IMG/VR virus record: IMGVR_UViG_3300002038_000009
Location: 1 to 59,401 of that record
Length of the DNA stretch: 59,401 nt
Source: a virus
Strand: one strand, 5' to 3'
Every line of letters begins with the position of its first letter. Positions within the stretch are counted from its first letter, which is position 1. Positions 1 through 7,354 of this stretch are shown in pieces. A model generated the notes under the pieces. It was not told the origin of the DNA. It saw nothing but the letters and a program-made list of their open reading frames with translations, and did no database searches. Position numbers and translations under genes: made by a program.

Positions 1-46
1 GAGCCGCCGCGTGAGCCGCCAAGCGAGCCGCCGCGTGAGCCACGTG
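1..46. repeat. Terminal redundancy of the window (1-46 identical to 59356-59401)
   Basis: GAGCCGCCGCGTGAGCCGCCAAGCGAGCCGCCGCGTGAGCCACGTG is present at both ends, and an ORF crosses the junction in frame. Confidence 0.9.
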
Positions 47-457
47 AGCAGCATCATCAGCAGCTTCAGCAGCAGCTCGCAAGCCCTTTCTTTTATCGAA
101 AAACCGAAGCCGATCAGCTTCTTTTTTTAAATCGGACGCATCTAACGCAATCGGGGCGTACACAGTTATAGCTTCCCACGCCAAAAATTCAGCACGTTCT
201 TGATCTAGGAGTGGGTTGTTTGTCCCGACTAATTTAAGAACTCTAAGTTGCAACTTGTCCCGATATTCTTGCGGCATACAGTCATTTATGCCTTGACAGA
301 ATCTTCCTATAACAGGTGATGTACAGGACGGCATATCACTCCATTCCTCACCCTCTAAAAAGCTCACCATCTCCATGACGCACATACCATCTTGTGGTGA
401 CTTGTGTGATCCAGCAGACAATTTGTAAGGTCCAAAATCTTCTAGTTTAAATTTCAT
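1..457 (-). CDS. 5' part of a wrap-around gene (about 240 aa once the 46-bp overlap is removed). Cys-containing N-domain followed by an Ala/His-rich and (Asp-Ser)6 low-complexity linker. Function unknown
   Basis: ATG at 457-455 (MKFKLEDFGPYKLSAGSHKSPQDGMCVMEM...). The frame is open to base 1 and continues as ...AADDAAHVAHAAARLAAH into 59401->59090. TAATG overlap with the upstream stop. Confidence 0.75.
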   Translation of the reverse strand, partial: MKFKLEDFGPYKLSAGSHKSPQDGMCVMEMVSFLEGEEWSDMPSCTSPVIGRFCQGINDCMPQEYRDKLQLRVLKLVGTNNPLLDQERAEFLAWEAITVYAPIALDASDLKKEADRLRFFDKRKGLRAAAEAADDAAHVAHAAARLAAHAAA

Positions 458-675
458 TATTCTTCTCCGGTTGTATCTTGGTGCGCCTCTAACAAATCGT
501 TCAAGGAACATGTGGTTTGTCCTGAGGGCTTGTAATGTGTAACGGCGTTTATCCATTCGCCATTCTGTCGAACATAAGTTTCAGGTTCCGGGGTTACTCC
601 CAGTTGTCCTCGTTCGCGCCTTACTGTCAACACAACATCACAACAGGGCGTGTAATGTACTCTTAATAATTTCAT
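457..675 (-). CDS. hypothetical protein (72 aa)
   Basis: ORF track. Start and stop overlap both neighbours in a packed leftward operon. Confidence 0.65.
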   Translation of the reverse strand: MKLLRVHYTPCCDVVLTVRRERGQLGVTPEPETYVRQNGEWINAVTHYKPSGQTTCSLNDLLEAHQDTTGEE

Positions 676-1061
676 CAGTCTGTTTCTCCAAATAGGTCCA
701 CAAGGTCTTGGACTTCTTCATCACTGACTTGTGTATCCACGTATTCATCACTGTAGTATTTTTCCATATCCTCGGCAGCTCGTCTACGGCGTGTGAAATC
801 AGCTCGCTTAGCAGCAGCTTCAACCTTAGTTATTAGTTTTACAGGCGACCCCTCTTTAGAGGCGGCCATAGAACTCGATAACTTCATTCGCTGTAAATGC
901 TCGGAGGTCTTGTTTCGGGTTCCCTTGATGTGGGTGATTGCCTCACATGTATTGAACCGCTCCCCACACTCCTTACACTCTCTACGGCGTAAGATAACCT
1001 CACCTTGATGACCTGTATCGACAACACGAAGCTTAGTTGATTTGCAATTAGGACACTGCAT
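675..1061 (-). CDS. NrdR-like zinc-ribbon protein without an ATP-cone (128 aa)
   Basis: MQCPNCKSTKLRVVDTGHQGEVILRRRECKECGERFNTCE aligns by eye with the NrdR N-terminal CxxC...RRRxCxxCxxRFxTxE zinc ribbon. The C-terminal 80 aa is acidic/basic and not ATP-cone-like. Confidence 0.65.
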   Translation of the reverse strand: MQCPNCKSTKLRVVDTGHQGEVILRRRECKECGERFNTCEAITHIKGTRNKTSEHLQRMKLSSSMAASKEGSPVKLITKVEAAAKRADFTRRRRAAEDMEKYYSDEYVDTQVSDEEVQDLVDLFGETD

Positions 1062-1245
1062 GTTTATCCAACGCCTCCTGTACTGAAATCCTATTTAAGG
1101 ACCACTCAAAGTCCTGAGTTTCGATGTTGAATCGGGTAGGGTAAATATAATCCTCCTCCTGACCCACAATATCTATGTCAGTGACTATCTCAGCGTCAAC
1201 CAGCAACTTCATTTCGATAGCATCCTTAATCTCAACTATTATCAT
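1048..1245 (-). CDS. hypothetical protein (65 aa)
   Basis: ORF track. Overlaps neighbours in the operon. Confidence 0.6.
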   Translation of the reverse strand: MIIVEIKDAIEMKLLVDAEIVTDIDIVGQEEDYIYPTRFNIETQDFEWSLNRISVQEALDKHAVS

Positions 1246-1408
1246 TGGTCTCCTCCATCTCTTTTATCTGGGGCACCGTGATTTCAGCGGAATATACTGT
1301 TAAAAAGCACTCACCGCGTTGGTCGTAGACCGTTGGGTACATAAAGGTATCCTCATACCCAACAACACGATCATTCGTTATGAGGTCCCGAGCTGTCAGG
1401 TACTTCAT
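1232..1408 (-). CDS. hypothetical protein (58 aa, below the ORF-track cutoff)
   Basis: Manual translation gives MKYLTARDLITNDRVVGYEDTFMYPTVYDQRGECFLTVYSAEITVPQIKEMEETNDNS. It fills an otherwise empty gap in a packed operon. Weak RBS. Confidence 0.45.
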   Translation of the reverse strand: MKYLTARDLITNDRVVGYEDTFMYPTVYDQRGECFLTVYSAEITVPQIKEMEETNDNS

Positions 1409-1433
1409 TTCTTTGTGGTCGTTGATTAGTATC

Positions 1434-1667
1434 TTAATGAGACACCTCCTGCCCCGTCGATTGTCGCGCCAGTATTTCGGCTACTAGTTTGTTGAAGGCA
1501 TCATTAAAATCACTGCCATATGTGTTAATCGATAGCCCACCCTCGGCCACATTGAAAGGTGTGTAGGTCATGGTCGGCCTGTTATTTAGAATAGCATACA
1601 CGAGCACACCGGTAAGTGCAACATCCTCAATAGAAATAGTATTAATTATTTTATCATTCGTTGTCAT
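1434..1667 (-). CDS. hypothetical protein (77 aa from ATG 1667; the ORF track extends to 1715)
   Basis: The internal ATG (MTTNDKIINT...) has GGAG 7 nt upstream and overlaps the upstream stop by 14 nt. Confidence 0.6.
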   Translation of the reverse strand: MTTNDKIINTISIEDVALTGVLVYAILNNRPTMTYTPFNVAEGGLSINTYGSDFNDAFNKLVAEILARQSTGQEVSH

Positions 1668-2097
1668 CACGCTCTCCAAAGTACTCACGTATGCCAAGTG
1701 CAACTTCAGGCTCAAAGAAGTTTTCAGGATGAGCCATCAGAATGTCCTGTATCTCATCGAAGGAGCACCTTAATATGTCATTGATAATTACAATGGAAGT
1801 GGGTCCAGTCAAATATCCTTCTATGTCCTTGCCAGTGATTTTCAAATCACTGGCCGTGCCTACATCATGCATTAGTCCTAAGCCGGGAACCAATGATTCA
1901 TAGGCATCATCATCGCCCAATCGTCGTCCACAGTAGTTTGAGCACCCCATTATCTTATTGGCAACACCTAGGCTGCAATAAGCTGCGGTGGGCTCACTTA
2001 ACTCAAGGTCACTTGTGTGGCACTGCTCGTAATCAGGTAGGTGTTCGATCCAGTTGAGAGCGTTATTGATCTTTTCTTCTACTGTTAGGTGCTTCAT
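1654..2097 (-). CDS. hypothetical protein (147 aa)
   Basis: ORF track. ATGA-type overlap with the next gene. Confidence 0.7.
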   Translation of the reverse strand: MKHLTVEEKINNALNWIEHLPDYEQCHTSDLELSEPTAAYCSLGVANKIMGCSNYCGRRLGDDDAYESLVPGLGLMHDVGTASDLKITGKDIEGYLTGPTSIVIINDILRCSFDEIQDILMAHPENFFEPEVALGIREYFGERDDNE

Positions 2098-2384
2098 AAT
2101 TCCTCCTCTTGTTCTACATACACATGCCAGACTAACATACCCTCACCTACTTGGAAAGTGCTTAGATAAGCATAATAAGGATCGTTAAATTCCTGTCCTG
2201 TCGCTACTATTTTTACACCGCGGTTAATTGTTTCGATATCCGGGTCCGTTGGTTGCTCAACCCAAATACAGGCTTGATCTTTTTGAATTTGAACCGTTAG
2301 AAAAACGGAGCCTCTTGGTAAAGGTAGCCGGTCTTCCTTGTCATTTAAGACATATTTATGGATTACTCTCATACTATACCTCAA
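2094..2384 (-). CDS. hypothetical protein (96 aa)
   Basis: ORF track. Overlapping starts and stops. Confidence 0.7.
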   Translation of the reverse strand: MRYSMRVIHKYVLNDKEDRLPLPRGSVFLTVQIQKDQACIWVEQPTDPDIETINRGVKIVATGQEFNDPYYAYLSTFQVGEGMLVWHVYVEQEEEL

Positions 2385-2898
2385 CTAAACTTACGGTTGT
2401 TTCAACACTAACACTAATGTGGGGGACAGGCTTGGCGCGAGGACGTGCCCGGTTATGTACGTCTGCCCAGTGATTTCGAATATCAACTAAGGTTCGTGCG
2501 GGTTTATCAGATTTGCCGAATGCCCGTCGATCAGAGAACATGTATCCCCCGTGACGGTTCCCCCAGATTTCTTTATTAGCATGGGCCCAAGCCTCTAGAT
2601 AATCAGGGTCTATAACCCCAAGGTCGTTAGCCATAAGGTAGGCCCCCGCCTTGTAGTCTAGCATACCTGCGTAATTACGGGCTTGGTCTAGCAGATGCTT
2701 ATCTAAGCCTGCTTGGTAACGGGCGAAGAGGTACCAACCGCCATGGCACATGGGGGACCCGCAGTAAGTTTGTAAGCGACCTACGTTCCCTTCGTACATA
2801 TCTAGGGACCCTTCTTCTCGTGCCTCTGGTATATTAAGTAGTACATAATCTAAGGTGCTGATTACTTTCTTAAATTGTTTACTGTTAGGTGTTTTCAT
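2374..2898 (-). CDS. hypothetical protein, tandem paralog A (CGSPMCHGGWY motif)
   Basis: Shares N-terminus MKTPNSKQFKKVI, the CGSPMCHGGWY motif and C-terminal VD(I/V)RNHWADVHNRARPRA with the next gene. Confidence 0.75.
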   Translation of the reverse strand: MKTPNSKQFKKVISTLDYVLLNIPEAREEGSLDMYEGNVGRLQTYCGSPMCHGGWYLFARYQAGLDKHLLDQARNYAGMLDYKAGAYLMANDLGVIDPDYLEAWAHANKEIWGNRHGGYMFSDRRAFGKSDKPARTLVDIRNHWADVHNRARPRAKPVPHISVSVETTVSLVEV

Positions 2899-3404
2899 GC
2901 TTCCACCAATTGTGTGGTCACCTTTACGTGAGGAATCGGAGTGGCTCTAGGACGTGCCCGGTTATGGACATCTGCCCAATGGTTGCGGACATCAACCAAG
3001 GTCATCGTATCTGCTTCGCCAAAAGCAAGGTTACTGCAAAACATACGACCACCATGAAAGTTACCCCAGATAGTCATATTTGAGTAGGCCCATGCAGTTA
3101 AATGGTCTTCTGTCTCAAACCCTAGATCATTGGCCATTATGTGGGCTCCCGCCTCGTAATCCATATGACCACATGCCGCCTTTAATGCATCAGTTTTTAA
3201 ATCTTTTGGCAAGCCTGTTTGGGTTCGAGCAACCACGTACCATCCACCATGACACATAGGGGAACCACAAAAGTTTTTGGGGTTTTTTACCTCAGGTTCT
3301 CCCATATCAAAATACTGTTCTTCTCGCGCGGCCGATATTGTTTTCAAGATGTGGTCGAAAGCGGCGATGACTTTCTTAAATTGTTTACTGTTAGGTGTTT
3401 TCAT
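2895..3404 (-). CDS. hypothetical protein, tandem paralog B (169 aa from ATG 3404; the ORF track extends to a TTG at 3461)
   Basis: The ATG at 3404 gives the same MKTPNSKQFKKVI start as paralog A. A 35-bp identical start region is present at 2864-2898 and 3370-3404. AGAGG RBS. Confidence 0.75.
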   Translation of the reverse strand: MKTPNSKQFKKVIAAFDHILKTISAAREEQYFDMGEPEVKNPKNFCGSPMCHGGWYVVARTQTGLPKDLKTDALKAACGHMDYEAGAHIMANDLGFETEDHLTAWAYSNMTIWGNFHGGRMFCSNLAFGEADTMTLVDVRNHWADVHNRARPRATPIPHVKVTTQLVEA

Positions 3405-3432
3405 TTTAGTGCCTCTGATTTTGTAAAATGAT

Positions 3433-3461
3433 AATTTACCACGGCCTATGAAAGAGTGCAA
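3433..3461 (-). promoter_or_regulatory. candidate leftward early promoter (TTGCAC-N17-TAAATT)
   Basis: On the minus strand the -35 TTGCAC is at 3461-3456 and the -10 TAAATT at 3438-3433, with a 17-nt spacer. It sits about 30 nt upstream of the first leftward gene. Confidence 0.5.
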
Positions 3462-3623
3462 CTTTTATTTTATAATGGCCTCTGTTAGACAGATGTACAG
3501 TACACTTTACAAATGTCTAATAGGTGATTTTAGATTGTATGATTTATAATATAATTAAACTATAGTTAATGTAATAATAGATAAACTGTCTAATACAGTA
3601 CGAGAGTACGTTTTCTCGGAACA

Positions 3624-3652
3624 AAAGTGTACTGTAAAACGTACTGTCTTTT
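3624..3652. repeat. left arm of a 29-bp perfect inverted repeat (AAAGTGTACTGTAAAACGTACTGTCTTTT)
   Basis: The reverse complement is present at 3850-3878. It contains two GTACTGT half-sites. Confidence 0.9.
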
Positions 3653-3849
3653 TGCCTTTAAAATCAAGTGTTTAGTGAAAACAGTATGCTAAGTATACTA
3701 TTTCTTCTATTTAAAGAGTTTATAAAATATATAATATATATACCCTATAGAATCTCAGAAAAATAAAAATAAAAACTTTTTTGGGCGTTTTTAGCATACT
3801 CTCGTACTTTCGGCCATTTTGAAAACGTAAGTCCTTGAAATCGTTGAAC

Positions 3850-3878
3850 AAAAGACAGTACGTTTTACAGTACACTTT
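3850..3878. repeat. right arm of the 29-bp inverted repeat
   Basis: AAAAGACAGTACGTTTTACAGTACACTTT is the reverse complement of 3624-3652. Confidence 0.9.
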
Positions 3879-3900
3879 CTAAAATGAAAACGTACTGTCC

Positions 3901-3929
3901 TTGTACTCTAGGGGCGGGTGTAGTAAAAT
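3901..3929 (+). promoter_or_regulatory. candidate rightward early promoter (TTGTAC-N17-TAAAAT)
   Basis: -35 at 3901-3906 and -10 at 3924-3929. It lies immediately downstream of an ACAGTAC-type repeat (3886-3900) and 32 nt upstream of ATG 3961. Confidence 0.45.
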
Positions 3930-3960
3930 AAGAACCTTGTTAATATAACGGTCCCCATAT

Positions 3961-4695
3961 ATGAGTAACGAAGATAAACACACACTTTTCCCTTGGGAGA
4001 CACAGGGTACACTTTTTGGCCCCGCTGATTTAGGTATTGGAAGATCACCTGAACCAAACCCAGATACATCTAATCAAGTAGGGGATATCAATTCAGATGA
4101 GGTTGGTAGTGGTGCGCGCTACAACGGGGGTAAACCCGATTTTTCTTTGTTGATTATAAAGGACCTGCCTGTTGTTGCCGCTTCCTCGGGTCTTCTAGTG
4201 TCTGCAATAAAAAACCTCGGGGAGTTTCAAATAAGTGGTGATGCTGATTATTTGGATAAGGCTTTAAAGGACACTTACGTATATGCACATACCCAGTTAG
4301 AAACAGAATATGTTTTCGAACCAGTGGTTCGGGTTTGGGAATTTGGCCAGAGGAAGTACGCTCGATGGAATTGGACTAAGGGCATGGCTTGGAGTGTGCC
4401 GATCGCATGTGCGGTACGTCATTGGCTGGCTATCGTGGAGAAGAAGGAGCCCATCGATGAGGACTCGGGTTATCCCCATTGGGCGCACATCGTGTGCAAC
4501 TTGCAAATGCTCAAGCAATACACCCGATCGTATCTTGAAGGAAATGACTTACCATACTTGACTTATCAAAAAGATGACCGCTTCACGATATCGGGTACCC
4601 TAACAGAATTTGATGTGACCGCTTGGCAACACGGGGCCGAACAGATAAACGGTACTTTACAATTCCAAACTCAAAATTCAATAAACCAAAATTAG
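3961..4695 (+). CDS. all-alpha (MazG-like) NTP pyrophosphohydrolase-like protein, resembling the dATP/dGTP diphosphohydrolase N-terminal (DUF5664-type) family
   Basis: Motifs recognised by eye: ARYNGGKPDFSLL, WEFGQRKYARWNWTKG, AVRHW, DEDSGYPHWAHIVCNLQML. Confidence 0.55.
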   Translation: MSNEDKHTLFPWETQGTLFGPADLGIGRSPEPNPDTSNQVGDINSDEVGSGARYNGGKPDFSLLIIKDLPVVAASSGLLVSAIKNLGEFQISGDADYLDKALKDTYVYAHTQLETEYVFEPVVRVWEFGQRKYARWNWTKGMAWSVPIACAVRHWLAIVEKKEPIDEDSGYPHWAHIVCNLQMLKQYTRSYLEGNDLPYLTYQKDDRFTISGTLTEFDVTAWQHGAEQINGTLQFQTQNSINQN

Positions 4696-4704
4696 ATTTC
4701 AAAA

Positions 4705-4971
4705 ATGAAAAACCAAAATCCGAAAACCAAAAATGATAATTCAAAATCTGAAAGTGATAAACCGAAAACAACTGATCTAATATCCTTGCGTACGGTTAGA
4801 CGAAAGCAAAGAGAACTCGATACAAATATAGCTGATTTAATCAATACATTCATTGAAGAGACGGATGGAGTACCCGTTAGTTATGTAAACTTAAATTATC
4901 GTAGGGTAGGACAGTTAGGTAGACAATATATTTCTGTTTCCATTAAAACAAAGATAAACGGTTTAGGTTAA
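4705..4971 (+). CDS. hypothetical basic protein (88 aa)
   Basis: ORF track. Co-directional, with short gaps. Confidence 0.65.
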   Translation: MKNQNPKTKNDNSKSESDKPKTTDLISLRTVRRKQRELDTNIADLINTFIEETDGVPVSYVNLNYRRVGQLGRQYISVSIKTKINGLG

Positions 4972-4974
4972 TTT

Positions 4975-5397
4975 ATGCTAATAAAATCTCGGGATCGAAG
5001 GAAGGGTATCTCCGAATTATTAGATCAGTGGGCAGACTGGGTGTTTCATCAAGATAAGGGTGAACTTCGGGCATTAGGTATTAAATCGTGGTTGGGTGAA
5101 TTAGTTCGTAACAACAACACAGACATAAACACCTACCATGAACCGATGCCTGTTATAGACTTAAGTCACCACGATGCTAGGATGACCATTATAGATGGTG
5201 CAGTTAAATCATTACCCCGTTTGCAAAGAGAGACAATTTTAATTGAGTACATCGTTAGGCGCCGTGATCGCAAAGAGATTAGGGAGAACTGGCTGCAGGT
5301 ACACAATAGGACCTACAATGCTCATCGTAAGATGATTTCATCGGTTAAAGATATATTGTGGATAATAATTGAGAAACCACTTGACAACCTAGTATAA
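4975..5397 (+). CDS. candidate Q-type transcription antiterminator (140 aa)
   Basis: LLDQWADWV... and ...ARMTIIDGAVKSLPRLQRETILIEY resemble the small lambdoid Q (QuuQ-like) family pattern LERWGAWA / DDDAMxIxxxMxxL. Its 3' end overlaps a promoter that is followed by a terminator. Confidence 0.45.
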   Translation: MLIKSRDRRKGISELLDQWADWVFHQDKGELRALGIKSWLGELVRNNNTDINTYHEPMPVIDLSHHDARMTIIDGAVKSLPRLQRETILIEYIVRRRDRKEIRENWLQVHNRTYNAHRKMISSVKDILWIIIEKPLDNLV

Positions 5398-5409
5398 AAT
5401 AATTAATAT
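5381..5409 (+). promoter_or_regulatory. sigma70-type promoter (TTGACA-N17-TAATAT), PR'-like position
   Basis: -35 at 5381-5386 and -10 at 5404-5409, about 60 nt upstream of terminator 5468-5504. Confidence 0.55.
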
Positions 5410-5467
5410 GTATTCAGTTGCTTTACCTCATAGATAAATGTAACTAATACCTTGATGTGTTTTTGAT

Positions 5468-5504
5468 AATCCCCTTCCGCCTTGTTCGGTTGGGGATTTT
5501 TTTT
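5468..5504 (+). terminator. Rho-independent terminator
   Basis: Stem AATCCCC (5468-5474) / GGGGATT (5492-5498), followed by a T8 run. Confidence 0.8.
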
Positions 5505-5508
5505 CGCC

Positions 5509-5591
5509 AAAGTGCAACTTTCATATGGATTAGTGAAGTGCAACTTGTATCTGTGGGAATCAAAGTGCAACTTGTATATCTGTGGGAATAA
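5509..5591 (+). repeat. three copies of AAGTGCAACTT, the last two inside a 27/29-bp tandem unit (AAGTGCAACTTGTAT(AT)CTGTGGGAAT)
   Basis: Motif at 5511-5520, 5537-5546 and 5564-5573. Tandem units at 5536-5562 and 5563-5591. Confidence 0.9.
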
Positions 5592-5670
5592 GGGTGTGTT
5601 AAATGGCCCAAAAGCGGTATAAACCTTATGTATTACAGTAAGTTAGGTAAAAATTAATTTCGAAAAGCCC

Positions 5671-5699
5671 TTGACAACAGGCCAAAGTAAAAGGATAAT
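5671..5699 (+). promoter_or_regulatory. sigma70 promoter (TTGACA-N17-GATAAT)
   Basis: Part of a duplicated promoter-leader cassette CTTGACAAC..AAAGTAAA..ATAATTTACTCAT...CAAGGTAT also found at 6168. Confidence 0.7.
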
Positions 5700-5732
5700 T
5701 TACTCATTCAACGAAACAAGGTATTTAATAAA

Positions 5733-6162
<430 letters not shown>

Positions 6163-6167
6163 AAGAC

Positions 6168-6196
6168 TTGACAACAAACTAAAGTAAACTTATAAT
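6168..6196 (+). promoter_or_regulatory. consensus sigma70 promoter (TTGACA-N17-TATAAT)
   Basis: -35 at 6168-6173 and -10 at 6191-6196. Confidence 0.8.
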
Positions 6197-6230
6197 TTAC
6201 TCATATTAATTAAACACAAGGTATATAAAA

Positions 6231-6953
6231 ATGACTATTAAGAAAAAAATAATTATCGAGGGTAAAGAGTATTTTGCCGAAAATGTACAAGATCTATACG
6301 AACAGAACTTTGTATTGCCTCAGAAAATGGCAGAAGAGTTTTTAAGAGATAAAACCGTTTACAGTATGAATGAGGAAGTGGAATTTATCCTTGCTTCTGA
6401 TGAACAAGATAAACCATTCGAATTTTCAGATATAGAGAACTATGATTACACGGGTCAGGTCGAGATACAAAGACGGCCTAACTACACACCTCATATGGGG
6501 GCTAATAATGTTACTGAATGGAAGACATACACACAAGAACAGGCCGATGAAAAAGCCGAGTTCTGGGAATACCTTTCTGATAAAATAGTCGAATTACAAG
6601 TAGTTATTTCTGATAGGATACATGAGTTTGACGAACAAGAGAAAAAAGGCGTTAGCCTTACAGATAAACAACTAAAATATTATAATAAGTTAGATGCTCA
6701 AGAGGACCGGCTACTTGATACCCTAAACCGATGTAACGAAAATCGTGATTCCTTAAATCAAATGTATTTTGATGACGCCCCTGAGATAATGCAATGGTTA
6801 TTATGTCCTGATTTATGTTATCACCTTAAACAACATGGTGAGTGTGTACTCGACAATAAGTACTGGGGCAGACAGTGCTACGGTCAATCTATTATTCTGG
6901 ATTCTGTAATTCAGAATATAGCTTTTGATATTCTATCTGTTGAGGGGGCTTAG
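6231..6953 (+). CDS. hypothetical acidic protein (240 aa)
   Basis: ORF track. Lies downstream of the consensus promoter and AAGGT RBS. Confidence 0.75.
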   Translation: MTIKKKIIIEGKEYFAENVQDLYEQNFVLPQKMAEEFLRDKTVYSMNEEVEFILASDEQDKPFEFSDIENYDYTGQVEIQRRPNYTPHMGANNVTEWKTYTQEQADEKAEFWEYLSDKIVELQVVISDRIHEFDEQEKKGVSLTDKQLKYYNKLDAQEDRLLDTLNRCNENRDSLNQMYFDDAPEIMQWLLCPDLCYHLKQHGECVLDNKYWGRQCYGQSIILDSVIQNIAFDILSVEGA

Positions 6954-6954
6954 T

Positions 6955-7152
6955 ATGAGATTAATACAAGCACACTCCTATGAAGGTGAGCCACTAGTGT
7001 ATGTGTATGAGCACGGGCAAGGTGAGTGGGTACACTATACAGTAGAGGACCTAACACAATATAACTACACTGATGTAGTGACATATGATAACAAACAACA
7101 AGCCTTAGACGCAGCTCAATCTATATTTAATAAGGCAATTGAAACAGGGTAA
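6955..7152 (+). CDS. hypothetical protein (65 aa from ATG 6955)
   Basis: GAGGGGG RBS upstream of MRLIQAHSYEG. The ORF-track start at 6925 would overlap the previous gene. Confidence 0.65.
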   Translation: MRLIQAHSYEGEPLVYVYEHGQGEWVHYTVEDLTQYNYTDVVTYDNKQQALDAAQSIFNKAIETG

Positions 7153-7159
7153 TTACAAA

Positions 7160-7282
7160 ATGTATAATAGTAAATCGATAAATAAACAGCGTAGGGATAA
7201 CAGCCCGTCATGGGTAGACGTAACTATCATGGCTATCCTATGGTTAATAATCTTTGTACTTGGAGGGAGATCATCAGACTAA
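7160..7282 (+). CDS. small membrane protein candidate (40 aa)
   Basis: Manual translation gives MYNSKSINKQRRDNSPSWVDVTIMAILWLIIFVLGGRSSD with one hydrophobic helix. It ends just before the tandem terminators. Confidence 0.35.
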   Translation: MYNSKSINKQRRDNSPSWVDVTIMAILWLIIFVLGGRSSD

Positions 7283-7310
7283 GTAATACAATAAACTAAA
7301 CACTAACTAA

Positions 7311-7338
7311 GGCCCACACACGTGGGCTTTTTAATGCC
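7311..7338 (+). terminator. Rho-independent terminator, copy 1
   Basis: GCCCAC-ACAC-GTGGGC hairpin followed by TTTTT. Confidence 0.8.
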
Positions 7339-7354
7339 TACAGTATAGGCCCAC

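Noticed and set aside
3456-3461. Reading the reverse complement of the AGTGCAACTT motif (TTGCAC) as a general -35 element for minus-strand promoters
   Set aside because: It works only at 3433-3461. At 41893, 50470 and 54189 there is no -10-like hexamer 16-18 nt downstream of TTGCAC on the minus strand, so the motif is not simply a -35 box.
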